Source: Chiloscyllium plagiosum (Eukaryota). Taken from it: 31,845 bases of DNA. The notes beneath the pieces are model-generated. The model ran no database searches. It saw only the letters and a list, made by a program, of their open reading frames with translations, and was not told where the DNA came from. The position numbers and the translations under genes were made by a program. The stretch lies in contig NC_057718.1 of assembly GCF_004010195.1 (NCBI RefSeq), positions 23,890,135-23,921,979 on the forward strand. The letters run 5' to 3'. Positions 21,813 to 31,845 of the stretch are shown here, in pieces (the first letter of the stretch is position 1; the number at the start of each line of letters is the position of its first letter).

Positions 21813-22711
21813 ACAGCAGAGTTCCTAATAATATTATGTGCCTACACATAAATTATTTTCACTGATTATTATTTCAAAAGTATTACTGAAGGTTATTTTA
21901 AAAATTATTGCAGCACCTTTATGGGATGGAGCTCAACTGATATTCCTCCCAAAACAAAATGGCAGGACATAAATCATGAAGTGTAGGCAGGCATTTGTTA
22001 CACTCATTTTCTGCCCCCCAGTGGTTGAACTCTCACCCTAATTATGTTTGTGACTTGAGTTCTGGAAACACACTTCCCTGCTGGGATGCTACTAAATTTC
22101 AGATAAAAGTTTGAACTGAAGATCAAAAGTTCCAAAATCCCTCTGATCTGCAGGTGAGCAAACATGCAGTCCACTAGTCTCTCTCTTTCCAAGGCAGCCT
22201 ATCAGAAACGTCAGCATCGTTCTACACTCAACAGCATTTGATTACACTCACTTGAGACGATCTGTGTTCAGTCAGTGTTCCAACACTTTCATTCAGTCAT
22301 CACTGATAGCTTGTAGTGATCTATTGAAATCAATTACCACTAGATGAATCTCACAGCTGCAAGCTTATCAATGCAACTTTTTTTAATTTCAGGTGTTCAA
22401 TGATAATCATTAGAAATTACCCGAAAAGAAAGTAAGATGAGACAAAAGCTGAATCAGCCTCTAGCAATGGAGGGAAGGAAAATTGAAGGATCAGATCTTT
22501 TTGTTTCTAAATCCTATCCAAAAGCTGAAATTGTTTAAAAAGAAAAGAAAGAACTCAGACAAACACTGGACACTTCTTCTAAGTCTTGGTTGTGAGTGTA
22601 ATGGTTTAACTAGACAAATCATGATCATTATAGTATTAATTATACTGGTCGTTGTAATGACTATAATTAGTTTTTATAATATGACACAGTATTTTTATGG
22701 TGATTTTATCA

Positions 22712-23265
22712 TTGTCCTTCCCCATCCCCAACCCCTCCATCTTGTCTCTCCTCACCCACTTTCCTTCCTGAGCTTATCTTCCTTCTTCCTCTTCTCCACT
22801 TTATTATCTGCTCATTCCTTCCGACCAAACCCCACATCACCCTGCACCCCCGCTCCACTCCAGCCACACCCTATTCCCTCTCACCCTCTGCTCCCTGCTT
22901 TGCCCTCCAATATTTGGCCCGCCCACTTGCTTTTTCCACTCTGGTTACAAGCCCACACAACTACCCCCACTTTCCTCGATCTGCTCTTCTTCCCCCTTTT
23001 CCCACTCGGAAACTTGCAACTTCCTTCCCGTCTGCTCTCCTCTTTTCCCCCTCCCCACATCTCTCTTCCCTCTTCCCCTTTTCTTCCTGATCTTCCCCCT
23101 TACACCACACTGTTCCCCAATACCCTTCTCTACTCAACGTCTTCACTTCCTGCTCTCTTCTCCCATTATATTCCTCAGCTCTACCTGCTCCAACTTTATG
23201 CCCTCTGGTCTCTCTTTCCCTCTTGCCTGTTCCCAGCATCTGTCCACTCCTTTCAGGTTCTCCAC
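22712..23265. repeat. C/T-rich low-complexity tract
   Basis: Strong pyrimidine skew over ~550 bp. Confidence 0.8.
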
Positions 23266-23879
23266 CGATTGGATTAAGAAACTGCTGTATTGGCAATTTT
23301 TGGTTCATGCTAGAAAGTGAGCCCGGGCAGGTGATCTGTGTGGAGGAGAAGCAATGCAGGGGAGGTGCCTTTAGAAAGTCACTAAGGTCCGGATGGCTAG
23401 CAGAGGTATTGAGAGGTCATTGAGTGAGGAACAGTAATAGTCACCCTAACCTGGGACAGGAATGTGTATCACCCGATCTGGTAATGGGAAGGGGTCTTCC
23501 TCTGAGCTTGGGAAAGAGACAATGGGAGGGAGTGCAGCCACAAGTCCTGTTATAGGGGGGAAGGTGTACAGTCACACAAGCCTTGTCCAGTGAGTTCCCA
23601 CAGGCCTGAAGGCACGAGCCTGAGATTTGTATGGTCACAACTCCTGGCACTATGAGAAGAGGATTGATGGAGATTCGCAAGTGTGGCAGCTTCTGAAGGC
23701 TTTGCTGAGTGATAGAGTTCTTGTTTATTTTTTATTCACAATACATTTTTACCTTTTTCTCCTCTTTATCTTCAGATGCAAACCCTGCTGGTATGTCTGG
23801 TGACCAGAGGCAGTATCACAGCCTGTGCATTGAACAAGACTATGTACACAAGCCAATGAGACTAGGAAACTTGATCAGC

Positions 23880-23930
23880 ACAGACATGTTGGGTGAAGGG
23901 CGTATTTCCGTGCTGTATGATTCTATGACC
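23880..23930 (+). mobile_element. CR1/SINE 3' tip
   Basis: cagacatgttgggtgaagggcgtatttccgtgctgtatgattctatga. Confidence 0.6.
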
Positions 23931-24019
23931 CTGGTCTATGTCACTATATCCACTGTGCGAGTGCTTCCAGATCTTGGAGCAACCTTGCGATGATGTCACA
24001 GAGCTGTGCATCACTGAGT

Positions 24020-24180
24020 ATGAATGACTACTTGACTCATGCTATGTATAAGAAGATTTAACACAATTTAGCATGATAGCTGACTGGATGGAAAAGTCTC
24101 CTCCTATCTTGTGTGGCATCATAAATTAGACGTCACTAATCTGTCATGTAACTTGCAGAATGTAGCCAAAGGCAGTGCAG
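24020..24180. repeat. Unclassified dispersed repeat, inverted partner of 27182-27335
   Basis: Shared blocks ttggctacattctgcaag, gattagtga, cacacaagatag, tcagctat, catagcatgag. Confidence 0.8.
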
Positions 24181-24342
24181 CCTAGCCCCTGCCTGAGGCG
24201 TTGATGCTGCAGTAGAAACTGAAATGGCAGTCACCACTCCAAATGTCCCCTTCCCCCAAAGGCATACAGGATCCACATTTATATTTATATTTATATCCTG
24301 GCAGATTTAGAACACTCTGGAAGACAACATAACTATATATTT

Positions 24343-24480
24343 GTAAAAGTAAATGCTGTGGATGCTGGAAATCTGAAACAAGCACAGAGAATGTTGGAGA
24401 AACGCAGCAGATCTTAGCAGCATCAGTGGAGAGAGAAACAGAGTTAATGATTTGAATCCACTATGACTCTTGTTCAGAAC
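24343..24480 (-). mobile_element. Penelope terminal repeat relic with decayed hammerhead (family of 968/1790/8460)
   Basis: Minus strand gttCTGAACAagagtcatagtggattcAAATcattaactctgtttctctctccactgatgctg. Confidence 0.7.
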
Positions 24481-24631
24481 CGGTCCATTTAGGAACCAAT
24501 CAGAGAGTTGTCATTCTAATGACTTCTGGCCTTCACAATTGATTTTGATTGCACAAGCCAATCAGCTGGGCAAACCTTGCTCTGCACATGCAACTGAGGA
24601 TGGCAACCTAGACATCTTCCTTCACTGCTTA

Positions 24632-25238
24632 GAATCATAAAGTCATAGAGCTGTACAGTACGGAAACAAACCCTTCAGTCCAACTCATTCATGCCGACCA
24701 GATATCCTAACCTAATCTAGTCTCATTTGCTAGCATTTGGCCCATATCTCTCCAAACCCTTCCTATTCATAAAGCCATCCTGATTCCTTTTAAATGTTGT
24801 AATTGTACCATCTTCCACCACTTCCTCTGACGGTGGGCGGCACGGTGGCACAGTGGTTAGCACTGCTGCCTCACAGCGCCAGAGACCCGGGTTCAATTCC
24901 AGAGACCCGGATTCAATTCTCACCTCAGGCGACTGACTGTATGGAGTTTGCACATTCTCCCCATGTCTGCGTGGGTTTCCTCCGGGTGCTCCGGTTTCCT
25001 CCCACAATAAAAAAATGTGCAGATTAGGTGAATTGGCCATGCTAAATTGCCTGTAGTGTTAGGAGCAGGGGTAAATGGGTCTGGGTGAGTTGCGCTTCAG
25101 CGGGTCGGTGTGGACTTGTTGGGCCGAAGGGCCTGTTTCCACACTGTAAGCAATCTAATCTAATCTCATTCCATACATGCACAACCCTCTGTGATAAAAG
25201 GTTGCCCCTTAGGTCCCTTTTAAATCTTTCCCCTCTTA
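24632..25238 (-). mobile_element. CR1 3' fragment interrupted by a SINE
   Basis: Minus strand VRGERFKRDLRGNLLSQRVVHVWNE|...EEVVEDGTITTFKRNQDGFMNRKGLERYGPNASK, then tail. Confidence 0.9.
24834..25166 (+). mobile_element. Full-length HE1-type V-SINE with duplicated B-box segment
   Basis: Same organisation as 11690-12010. 20-bp tandem duplication at 24880-24919. Confidence 0.93.
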
Positions 25239-25879
25239 CCAAGCTTGACCAAAGCAATAATATAAATACAGCTCATAATCAGTTTCAGTTTTTTTTCTTT
25301 TACAAACAAATGCAGCAATTCCTTCCACAGTCCTCAGTGTGTAGCAGAATCCTTTTCCTATTGGGGTTGACATTCCATAATACAGAAAAATAACTGGCCT
25401 TTTGAGTATAATTGTGATTACAGATAGCACAGGGAAAGACCAAAGCAGAACACAATACACCACAACCCTGGAAAGGAAGAGTCACGTGAAAACATTGATA
25501 GGAACACACAAAAAAGATAAATTAATCTTTACCCAAGATCCTTACCCTTAAGTCAGAATCTGGTATATCTATGATTACCATATTTAGCAGTATTTATGTT
25601 TGACATTAGATAAGTAGTGCTACTTTGACATGCAAACATGAAAATATTTATTGATTCTGCCTTCTTTTCAATCAATCCATCACAAACTCACATTGTGGCA
25701 TTAAGCCATGCACTAAAAGACGTGACAGCTATTGAATTCTTTGATGTTGATGATGTCAAGCCAGAGATGGTGGAGGTGATGTAGATCTTTGTCATCCTGA
25801 GTCACCTTGTTGCTCCAGCTCCAGGTTTTCAAAGTTCAGACACCAGAATACAACAGACAAGCAGAGGGTGTTCTATGAG

Positions 25880-26070
25880 ACTGGGAGTTCCACAGGTTCT
25901 TGACCCAAGAATAGTGAAAGCACAATGATAGAATTCCATGTCAGCATGATGTATGGCTTGGAGGGGAACTTGCAGATGGTGTTCCTATGTATCTGCTGGC
26001 CTTGTCATCCTAGAAGATAGAGGTAATGATTCGGGAAGGTGCCATTAAAGGAATCTCGATGAGCAGTTGA
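25880..26070 (-). mobile_element. LINE 3'-region fragment, probably the same family as 21093-21812
   Basis: gggagttccacaggttcttgacccaagaatagtgaaag resembles the reverse complement of ctttactgtggttgggacaagaacctggaattccc. Confidence 0.6.
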
Positions 26071-26629
26071 GTTGTTCATCTTCATTTTTCATTATATACT
26101 TTTAAATTAAATTCTATTGCACTCTTATTTCTGCAATGTTGCTACATTTATGTTGATGACTCTTTGTTTCTCATCTTGTATACTTCTGCTCCACTGGCAC
26201 AGTATCCCTTGTTTTTCTTCACAGAGTTGGTCATAGAGGTCACCCTGGTAGGATGGGCATAGAGGTCACCCCGGCAGATTCAACGCAGAGGCACCAGAGA
26301 ATAATGCAAAGGAAAGGTGGCATCCAGTTGAAATGGGAGGGATGAGGGAAGCTGCTGGGAAAAAATGCTTTTAGATATATGCTAAGATCTGGTCATTTGT
26401 GTTTATATCATAATCTGTAGGGAACTGCATTTGATGCCTCTATGGCTACCTTCACAAATATAACAAATTATGATCACTTCCATATGCTTAACTTAACTGC
26501 TTCAGCATGATCAGGATTCATTTCAAATTACACCATTCGACATTTTTTGATACGTGATGAAGTTTAGTGCATTTTCCAGTGGGATTGAACACACAGGTTT
26601 ACATGTTGGGGAAGCAGGGTTTTCTTTCA

Positions 26630-26972
26630 ATCATTCTTTGAGTGTCAACAAACCAGGCCGGACAGGGTAGGTACAGGAGGAAAGACATTTCTGGATAGAG
26701 TGGGTCTACAACCAGGAGATACATCTCAGAAAAAGAGGTAAGCCATTTAGGACTCAGCAAATCTTTGGAATTCACTATCCCAGGGAGCTGTGGAGGCTCA
26801 GCCATTGAAAATGTTCATGTCAGAAGTTGATAGATGGCTAGTAATCAAGAGAAGTGGGGATCCTAGAGGGCAACATGCTGAAGCAGAAAACTAGCCATGA
26901 TCTGGTAGAATAGAAGAGCAGGTTTGATGGACTGAATGGCCTTTTGCTTTTCCACTTTCCATGTTCCTATTA
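26630..26972 (+). mobile_element. Old CR1 3' end
   Basis: tttggaattcactatcccagggagctgtggaggc...agccatgatc...gatggactgaatggcct...tgttcctat. Confidence 0.75.
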
Positions 26973-27181
26973 ATTTCCCAATCCCACCTCCCCTTGAGGA
27001 GGTAAGGATACTTCCTCAGCCCTACAGTCTATATAATGAGGTTGCAGGTAGGGAATTCTGAAGTTTAGACATATAGATGATAGAAGAATGGGAAGATATG
27101 CACGCATCTTATAAATTTTAGAGTGTTGGGGCAGCCATTTCAATGTCTACCAAAGCATCAGCTCCCAAAATGGAAGCTATA

Positions 27182-27335
27182 CTGCATTGTCCTTGGCTAC
27201 ATTCTGCAAGGTACACTGCTGATTAGTGATGTCTTACTTAACACATCACACAAGATAGAAGGAGGCATTCCATACTTTCAGCTATTGTGACAAGCCTTCT
27301 AGTGCATAGCATGAGGCAAGCAGCCTTTTATTCAC
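27182..27335. repeat. Unclassified dispersed repeat, inverted partner of 24020-24180
   Basis: Colinear with the reverse complement of 24020-24180. Confidence 0.8.
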
Positions 27336-27413
27336 AACTAGGCCACTCCAATAAAGTCCTCCACAACTGGGAGATGACTTCATATTCAAGTGAGCCACCT
27401 CCTGTGTCATGAC

Positions 27414-28104
27414 TGTTACGACATGGGGTTAACCCTCCTGCTTAATTTAAACCAGCATTACAAAAAAGATTTATCCCGTGCAGTAGTCTGTGAAAATTCG
27501 AGAGGCCAAGAACTAGTTAAAGTAAAAGTAGCAACTTCATTTCTTAAAGGAATACAGAGAATAATTAACTAACAACTATTTACAACTCATTCATCTAATC
27601 TATCTTTTACCTTTCCCTTCTACAATACTAGTCAGATAAAACTTTAAGATTTACTGAAAAATCCAAATTTCGAAAACAGCCAGCTGTCAAATCTTCTCTT
27701 TGCAGATTTTCTCTCCAGGTCAGTGTCAATGTCTTTCTCTGTGCAAGCTCGTTCTCTAGACAAGTACCTCTCAAACAGTTCTGAGTAGCAGTTACATCTG
27801 TTGCTCTGATGGCAGTTCTCATCCCAATTGTTCAATTTTTCCCAGTCTTATACCGCCAAAGCTTCAGATTGTGTCATTGGCTTTTAAGATTGTCAATATA
27901 CTAAATTCAAACTTGATTGGAATTTGGTATTTTTAGGGGTATAAGTTAAACTGATTGGCCTAATTCGAATCTGCTTTTGTCTCCAGGCAACCAACTACAT
28001 GAACTGCTGGATCACATGCTACATTGTATCTACTCGGTGCTGTCACATAGTTCTGCTAGCGTTTACCTTTCTTAAAGGTACAGTGCACCCACAGCTTCAT
28101 AACA
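27414..28104 (-). mobile_element. Probable solo LTR (~690 bp)
   Basis: Ends TGTTACGA...TCATAACA (7/8 inverted). Several minus-strand CCAAT boxes. No clean TSD (tgac vs ccac). Confidence 0.6.
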
Positions 28105-28805
28105 CCACTATCTTCTTCTTTTCATTTGTAATGGGCACATCGCCATGGGTACAGATTCTTGAAACTTCTAACCTAAAATACTCAGAATGAAAACCTCGGA
28201 GCTGGTGCTTGGGAGGATTGGAGGATGCAAAGTGCATGTTTGATGAGACTCTCCTTCTCGTATCTATTGCTTCTCATTTCTCCTTCTCTCACTGTGACCC
28301 CATTTTGAAGTTTGAAACTTACTGTGATCGTAGAGTGCAGGGTTGGGTCAGTGTAACGGGAGGGGTGTTGGTGTCGAATGGGGGCTACAGCTGTGACATA
28401 TAGAGGCGGGAGAGCTGGAGGCAGAGGTATGAGGGGGTTGGAGTAGAACATGACAAGTGGAAGATGGAGTTGTGAGAACGGAGAGGCGGAGTAGTGAGTC
28501 CAGGTGGCAGCAGAGCCTGAGAGAGCTGGGGATGGTGTTGTCAAAGCCTTGGGAGCGCTTGAGAGCAGGTGACAGGAGATGTGAGGGTAGGGAAGGGGAG
28601 CTGTCTGAGCAGGGACAGTAGAGCTGCAACAAAGCAAAGTAGGTACAGAGAGGCAGCATTTCCTTTTTACATATTTTTTACTTGAGAAAAAAGATTATTC
28701 TTTATAATACAAAATTACAAAACTCTAAACCAACAACAACACTACTGTATATAAAAAAAAATAAAGAACAACTACACATAAAACAATATTATAGTCACGC
28801 AAGAT

Positions 28806-28936
28806 AGGAGAAAGTGAGGACTGCAGATGCTGGAGATTAGAGTCGAGAGTGTGGTACTGGAAAAGCACAGCAGGTCAGGCAGCATCCGAGGAGCAGGGGA
28901 ATCGACGTTTTGGGCAAAAGCCCTTCATCTGGAATG
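28806..28936 (-). mobile_element. Penelope terminal repeat inserted in the L1 3' UTR, hammerhead with two core mutations
   Basis: Minus strand ttc-CAGATGA-a-gggc-tttt-gccc-AAAA-cg-tc-gatt. Confidence 0.75.
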
Positions 28937-31359
28937 CACGATAAACAGCCCAGTAGAAGTAATAAATACATAAATCCTGCCGCTCAACGCAATGAACAAT
29001 AGCTCCCGACCTTTGAGAGCACTGAATATTACACCCGCATTTATTCAAAATTCTTCCTCATGGGGTACCTGGTTCACCTAATCAGGTCATCATGGCTACC
29101 CAAAACCCCTAATTAAAATGGAAGACAAATCTGTGTCTACATTATCCAAAAAGGGCTGCCATGTCTGACAAAAAAGTTCAGTTTTTTGGTGCACCATATT
29201 TGTGAGAACGTCCAGGGGGATATGTTTCATGGTTATCTTATACCAACCTGATGGGTCGGGGGAGTGGGGGGGTGGGTAGAGTTGGGTTTCCAGCACCCAA
29301 CACATCAAAATGTTTTTCCTCATGCAGAAAGTAAGAATATTAAAAAAAGGTTTTCTCCCATGAGTATCTAAAGAAGATAAATTGGGCAGGTACAGGAGAA
29401 GAGAGATCGGATCCATCTGAACTCCATTCCCCAAAACCTCTCTATTACTCCTACCACAGTACTCCAGTACGCACAAATCAGAGTACCGGTACGTATTTTA
29501 CACTGTGAGCACACTGAGGATACTCACACTTTACATTTCAAGAGACTATCTGGGGCCCAATGTACCCAATGAAGAACCTTCAACTGCATGGTATGGGTCC
29601 TATTACAGATTGAAATCTTTCTCGCATTTTCACAAATATCTTTCCATGTCGCAGAGGAGACCTCAACTCTTCGCTCTCTCTCAGATCTCATATAGTCACT
29701 CAATATCATCTGAGGAACCACCCCCAACAGATGATAAGGAGTGCTAACTAAGCGAGTGCTCTTGGCATGAAACACCCTCTTCTCTGTATCAGATCTGTAG
29801 GAATCGGTCAAAAGCGTAATTCATTTTTGAATAAAATCTCTAATCTGGAAAAAATGAAAATGGATTCTACTAGATAATCCATACTTGCGGCCTATTTGGT
29901 CAAAGGACATCAATTATTTCCCCCTCAAATAAGTTACCCAAACAGGAAACTCCCCTAGCTGGACAGGGTTTAAACACAGGGTCCATTATCCCTGGCCGGA
30001 ACCCTAGCATACCAACTATAGGGATAAGAAAAGAAGTTTTAGATATATTGCCCTCACTCTACCACATTGCCCTCCATGCTTTAACAGTATTAATAATTAT
30101 TGGATTACAACAGTATTCTGCAACTATTCTCATTTTATCTAAGAACAACAGGCTAATAAGAGGACACTTTGCCTGGAAAGCCTCAATGTCCAACCATATT
30201 GACACTGGGTACTCACAAGCACAGTCACTCACAAAAAATAAGAGGGAACTTAATTGATATCTTTTAATTCCCAGGAGGTCAACTCCCCGCCCCCCAGCCC
30301 TTGGGTGATTGCAATTTGGTGAGCTTAATAAGGGCCGCCTGTACTGCCAGGTAAAAGAGCTAAACCAGCCATTAAGTCTCCTAAATATTTGGCTGGGAAA
30401 AAAAAAATCAAAGGAAGCATTTGCATAGGTATAGCAAATGAGGAAGGACATTCATTTTAGTAAGGGCTACTCGACCTAACCAGGATATTAGAAGGGCCTC
30501 TCATCTCTGAAGATCTTGTTTAATCTTGTCAAACAAGTGGACAAAATTAGCCTTAAATAACTGATCGCAGACAAGAGTAACAAAAATATCTAAATAAAGA
30601 ACCCTCCCCCCACCCCCATGACCACTTCAAGGGAAACCGTGACTAACCCTCATCATCAGATATTCCCCCAAGACACCCCCATAGGAATTTGAAAACTTAA
30701 TCTTATAGCCTGGAAAGAAACCAAATAAATTAATACATTATATCAAATGAGGTACAGAAACTACAGGGTTCGACAAAAAGATAAAAGAGTCATTCACATT
30801 TAATGTGATCTTATGTGCCTTTGATCCCACTTCTCGGGCAGCTATATTAGGATTCTTATGGGTAGCCTCTGCCAGCAGTTCAATCACCAATGTAAAAAGT
30901 AGAGGTGAGAGGGGACAACCTTGCCAACTACCCCTACAGACACTAAAATTACTGGATCTCAGACCATTGGTGAGAACCACAACCAGTGGATCATTACAAA
31001 GGACCCTTACCCACTTAATAAAGACTTCACCTAGACCAAACCAGTCCAGGGAGTAAAAAAGATATGGTTACTTCATCAAGCAAATGCCTTCTCTGCATCT
31101 AAAGAGATCATTAATCCCTGAACCGATTGCTGCTGATATGCTTGGACCATATTAAGTAATCTCCTGACACTGCTGGAGGATCCGAGGCCCTTTATAAAAC
31201 CCATCTGGTCCTCTTCAACAATGGAAAGCAACACCGATTCTAGCCTTAATGTGAGAGTCTTGGACAAAATTTTAAAACCAGAATTTAGCAGCGAGATGGG
31301 CTTATGAGAAGCACAGTCATCTGGAATCTTCCCTTTCTGAAAGCAGAGAGAGATATTAG

Positions 31360-31496
31360 CCGTGCTAAATTGCCCATAGTGTTAGGTGCAGGGGTAAATG
31401 TAGGGGAATGGGTCTGGGTGGATTGCGCTTCGGTGGGTCGGTGTGGACTTGTTGGGCCGAAGGGCCTGTTTCCACACTGTAAAGTAATCTAATCTA
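31360..31496 (+). mobile_element. 5'-truncated HE1-type SINE inserted in the L1 RT, 7-bp TSD atattag
   Basis: SINE 3' half with aatct tail. atattag at 31353-31359 and 31497-31503. Confidence 0.9.
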
Positions 31497-31769
31497 ATAT
31501 TAGTCTCTCTCTCAAGGATGGTGGGAGGCAATCATGACTGTACGTGTAGTTGTACATGTCCAACATCGGCCCTGACAATCTATTTATAAATTCTTTGTGG
31601 AATTCACTAGAAAGACCATCAGGGCCAGGTAAAAGAGCTAAACCAGCCATTAAGCCTCCTAAATATTTGGCTGGGAAAAAAAATCAAAGGAAGCATTCGC
31701 ATAGGTACAGCAAATGAGAAAGGACATTCATTTTAGTAAGGGCTACTCGACCTAACCAGGATATTAGAC

Positions 31770-31845
31770 TTCATAGAACATAGAACATAGAAGAATACAA
31801 CGCAGTACAGGCCCTTTGGCCCTCGATGTTGCGCCGATCCAAGCC
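31770..31845 (-). mobile_element. Young CR1 3' end running off the window
   Basis: (catagaa)n followed by tacaacgcagtacaggccctttggccctcgatgttgcgccga. Confidence 0.75.

Larger units (their letters stand above)
28660..31768 (-). mobile_element. L1-clade LINE ORF2 pseudogene (RT and C-terminus) with 3' UTR
   Basis: GPDGLSSEF-like, KPISLLNSGFKILSK, DQMGFIKG, SLDAEKAF, RGSWQGCPLSPLLF, GGRGVDL, QLKVLHWVHW, TWQPFL...GFG* (stop at 29096). Many frameshifts. Confidence 0.9.

Noticed and set aside
22483..23308. 264-aa ORF with a hydrophobic stretch, and its antisense ORF
   Set aside because: P/L/S/F bias comes from the C/T-rich low-complexity tract. Non-ATG start and no recognisable domain.
28182..28659. 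Overlapping 103-151 aa ORFs in a purine/G-rich stretch
   Set aside because: Compositional ORFs with non-ATG starts, no domain and no convincing splice structure.
28895..28936. Active hammerheads at 28900, 24450, 8520, 1040 and 1800
   Set aside because: Each has substitutions in the CUGANGA and/or GAAA core, so they are treated as relics.
1..31845. CRISPR array, retron or other prokaryotic RT system
   Set aside because: No regularly spaced repeats or operon structure. All RT fragments are vertebrate CR1, L1 or PLE pseudogenes.

Overview
Eukaryotic DNA from a cartilaginous fish. The HE1/V-SINE copies with (AATCT)n tails, CR1, Penelope and L1/Tx1 repeats indicate a shark; a bamboo or carpet shark is my inference. 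The only host gene is the single coding exon of a muscarinic acetylcholine receptor M3 (CHRM3-like, 4335-6128, +). It has a splice acceptor at 4315, a short overlapping uORF and a probable ~1.9 kb 3' UTR. The rest is nested, decayed retroelements: CR1 LINEs, SINEs, two solo LTRs, L1/Tx1 pieces, a truncated Penelope-like element (PLE) with a 13-bp target-site duplication (TSD), and a 309-N gap. The most distinctive pattern is a recurring set of short fold-back PLE terminal-repeat relics, most carrying minimal type I hammerhead ribozyme cores. One core is fully intact (17194-17228, minus strand), and one inverted pair lies in the putative CHRM3 3' UTR. No prokaryotic features, CRISPR or real tRNA/rRNA genes are supported. 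Repeat family names come from my recognition of motifs, not from a database search.
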